Source of the DNA: Promethearchaeota archaeon
GTDB lineage: Archaea > Asgardarchaeota > Lokiarchaeia > Sigyniarchaeales > SOKP01
Length of the DNA: 53,478 nt
Assembly: GCA_048941265.1 (NCBI GenBank)
Contig: JBHLNT010000012.1
Span: 1-53,478, forward strand
Reading direction: 5' to 3'
The notes beneath the pieces were generated by a model. It was given only the letters and a program-made list of their open reading frames with translations. It did no database searches and was not told the origin of the DNA. The first letter of the stretch is position 1, and every line of letters begins with the position of its first letter. The position numbers and the translations under genes are program-made. This document shows, one piece after another, positions 52,986 to 53,478 of this stretch.

Positions 52986-53478
52986 ATGGAACCAGAAGAA
53001 TTGTATAAACAAAGAAAAGAAAGAATTGAAACCACGACAAATCTTAAGATTCCTGATAGAGTTCCTGTCATTTTTTCTGAGAATGAGTTTGCTTGGAGTT
53101 TTGCGAGCATTACCCAAATGGAGTTTATGACAGATAATAAGAAAATGATGATGGCTTATGAAAAATTATTTAAGACATTTCAACAAGATGCTGCATTTTT
53201 CGAGCCGACTTTATTTGATCCATTATTTACTGTTATTACGGAACCATGCATCATAAAAATTCCAGGAAAAGATCTTCCTGAAGATTCACCTTTTCAATTG
53301 GTCGAATCCGAAATAATGACTGTTGATGATTACAAATATGCTTCCAGAAAGGGATACTTCCGAACATTGGTCAAATTACTTCCTAAACTTCGTCCTGAAA
53401 TACCAGATGTACAAAATATATTCACTGAAAGAATAACTCGAACACTTGAAGATATGAGAGCATCATCATTAAATAGAC
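52986..53478 (+). CDS. URO-D/MtaA-like methylcobamide methyltransferase family protein; 3'-partial
   Basis: ATG 52986, 2 nt after the corrinoid gene: MEPEELYKQRKERI..PDRVPV..KIPGKDLPEDSPFQLVE.EIMTVDDY; open to the window end. Confidence 0.75.
   Translation, partial: MEPEELYKQRKERIETTTNLKIPDRVPVIFSENEFAWSFASITQMEFMTDNKKMMMAYEKLFKTFQQDAAFFEPTLFDPLFTVITEPCIIKIPGKDLPEDSPFQLVESEIMTVDDYKYASRKGYFRTLVKLLPKLRPEIPDVQNIFTERITRTLEDMRASSLNR

Overview
Very AT-rich archaeal chromosomal segment, most consistent with an Asgard archaeon of the Lokiarchaeia type. That assignment is inferred from archaeal eS1/uS15, longin-like proteins, an SDS22-type LRR protein, an IPGF C-terminal sorting signal and an RNase III. 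Contents in order: a partial GH20; a nickel-pincer locus (larB, larC, His-rich nikR); a short-alpha3 histone; a large anchored surface protein; a decayed tandem-longin gene; rubrerythrin, a radical SAM enzyme and a sirtuin; an intact tandem longin-like gene; rps3ae/rps15 and rdgB; and a ~16 kb five-gene operon (LolD/MacB-type ATPase, two FtsX-type permeases, a 1318-aa surface protein and a 1666-aa membrane-anchored subtilase with a cytoplasmic four-CxxC tail). After that come RNase III, a truncated TFS/RpoM paralogue, a lipid/glycerophosphate catabolic neighbourhood (SCP2, two GDPDs, acyl-CoA synthetase, glpAB), an ABC-2 exporter, an OpgC-type acyltransferase, a methyltransferase, a GH2 and a corrinoid protein/URO-D pair. 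I found no rRNA, tRNA, CRISPR array or transposase. The best candidate for an undescribed system is the type VII ABC-subtilase-surface protein operon. All calls come from reading motifs by eye; no searches were run.
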